Assembly (NCBI GenBank): GCA_002633005.1
Contig: NMRA01000390.1
Coordinates: 215,171 to 279,170 of the forward strand
Direction: 5' to 3'
DNA length: 64,000 bases
Origin: Phoronis australis
Lineage: Eukaryota; Animalia; Phoronida
This document shows positions 62,550-64,000 of this stretch, one piece after another (the stretch's first letter is position 1; the number at the start of each line of letters is the position of its first letter). The position numbers and the translations under genes are program-made. The notes beneath the pieces were generated by a model, which saw only the letters and a program-made list of their open reading frames with translations, was not told where the DNA came from and did no database searches.

Positions 62550-63700
62550 CTAAAAACAATGTGGACACAAAGTCTTTTTAAGTTTCATCACTGAAATAAC
62601 TTTAAGGAATCCATTTCTAACTCATACATTATCAAAATCTTTAGTGCACAACCATAATCTGTGCCTTAAAAAGTTGCACAATTGTTCGAAACTGCAAGGC
62701 TGTCATTTTTTTGTGGAAATTAATGTTAGTTTTTGCCATGGGTATGAATTTCTAAAACCTTAATAGCATGCAGCTTTATGTTTGATATATAAAAAGAAAC
62801 TGCCATTGAGGAGGGACTCGTGTCCAGATTTTGATTTACCTTCAAACAGAGATATTAGCAACCAAACACCTTGGCTGACTTCTTTACAATAACATAAATG
62901 TTCACAACTGACAAGTCATCTTTCTATAAAGCTGATATCTCTGCTATTGAAAGGAAAATGGAAAAGCTGATGCAGAGACCATAGAATTATGTGCTTGTTC
63001 TGTATGGAACCCTATAATTTTTTATTATTTGTAGCAAAGTAGTCGGAATTCAACAACAAATTGGAAAGAATAACTCAATTCTGCAATATCTTTATACGAG
63101 GCAAAGACCAAGTGAACATTAAGTTCTCAATCTCCAGTCTTTTTTATTCATCACTTAGTTAATATATAACATGCCCAAAACATTGGACCAACTTGTTTTA
63201 AACTTTCCCACATGATGGGCAGGGAGCAAATTTCACCATTTCCAAAATTATAACACACATGGATTCATTTGAATTCAGAGTTTAAACTGTTATCCCAGTA
63301 AAGAATTCCATTTGCTTTTACACAATTCTAACAGAAGCTCGATTTGCAAAATTATCGTCTAGCCAAAATGATTTAAAGAAACTTGAATCAATCTGTAAAA
63401 GTCAACGTTTACTGCCAGATAAATGAGGCCACTGTAAATCATCTTGCTCTCAACTCGGGGTAAGAGTGTGAGTTTCTAATCTGCTGTTATTTATTTCTGG
63501 CCTGTTGTTATGATTTTACGTTACCAGGTAATAAGAAATTGTTGATCTGAAAAGATTTTATTGAAACTACAGAAAACTTTTTTTTATAAATGAATTTGAA
63601 TTTTAGAAGGTCTTTCACTGGTTAATCTCTCAATCTTTATTTTGACACACTTCAGAATGAAAGAGAAGTTACATTCCATGCAATGGCGCTAGTCCTTTAC

Positions 63701-63783
63701 CTCTTTTTCAGGCTTGTAGAAATGCTTCACTAAACTGTTGATTGAATCGCCAACCATTTCTTGAATTCTGTTGATAGTCAATT
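63701..63783 (-). CDS. DENND5: DENND5 exon (gene continues beyond right edge)
   Basis: LTINRIQEMVGDSINSLVKHFYKPEKE; AG/GTAAAG flanks. Confidence 0.92.
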
Positions 63784-64000
63784 CTGCAAGAGATGTTCAT
63801 ACTTAGTAACATGGTCAAGTAACCTTTTAACTCTGACGACAAGTCTCCCACATTAGTATTCAGTCTGTAACTGCTCTGCACTGCAAATCGTGAAATTTAC
63901 AGATACTGCTCATAGACTTATTTCTGTGTTTGGCATGTTGTGCCTGGAAGTCTTACTACTTCTTGGTGTACTTAGTGAGCCCTATGGGGTGGGGGGGGGG

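Noticed and set aside
60082-63783. MADD or another DENN-family identity
   Set aside because: GKDGKFQ and EFNITLE.SL.KGI are characteristic of the DENND5 RUN2 C-terminus.

Overview
AT-rich metazoan genomic DNA with GT-AG spliceosomal introns, probably a marine invertebrate (taxon is inference). Three host genes were reconstructed by hand with phase-consistent splice sites: (1) a CCDC50/Ymer-like gene on the minus strand, 9 exons from ATG 25138 to 157, continuing past the left edge; (2) a complete 3-exon ZNF593/Bud20 gene on the plus strand (43238-55189, 130 aa); (3) the last 4 exons of a DENND5 (Rab6IP1) gene on the minus strand (63783-60082). Most of the remainder is transposon-derived: TTAA-flanked Kolobok elements with THAP and KolX remnants, Helentron-associated (HINE/DINE-like) elements whose ~150-bp internal repeats each carry a CTCF-like motif, decayed LINEs, Penelope-like remnants, a solo LTR with a heat-shock-element cluster, many MITEs and several minisatellites. 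There is an assembly gap at 13761-14153 and a single N at 49445. Best novelty candidates: a compact double-pseudoknot RNA at the 5' end of a LINE (26745-26826, possible ribozyme), the mobile CTCF-motif arrays, a self-inverted THAP-encoding Kolobok, and the HSE-rich antisense LTR in ZNF593 intron 1. All calls were made by eye without database searches.
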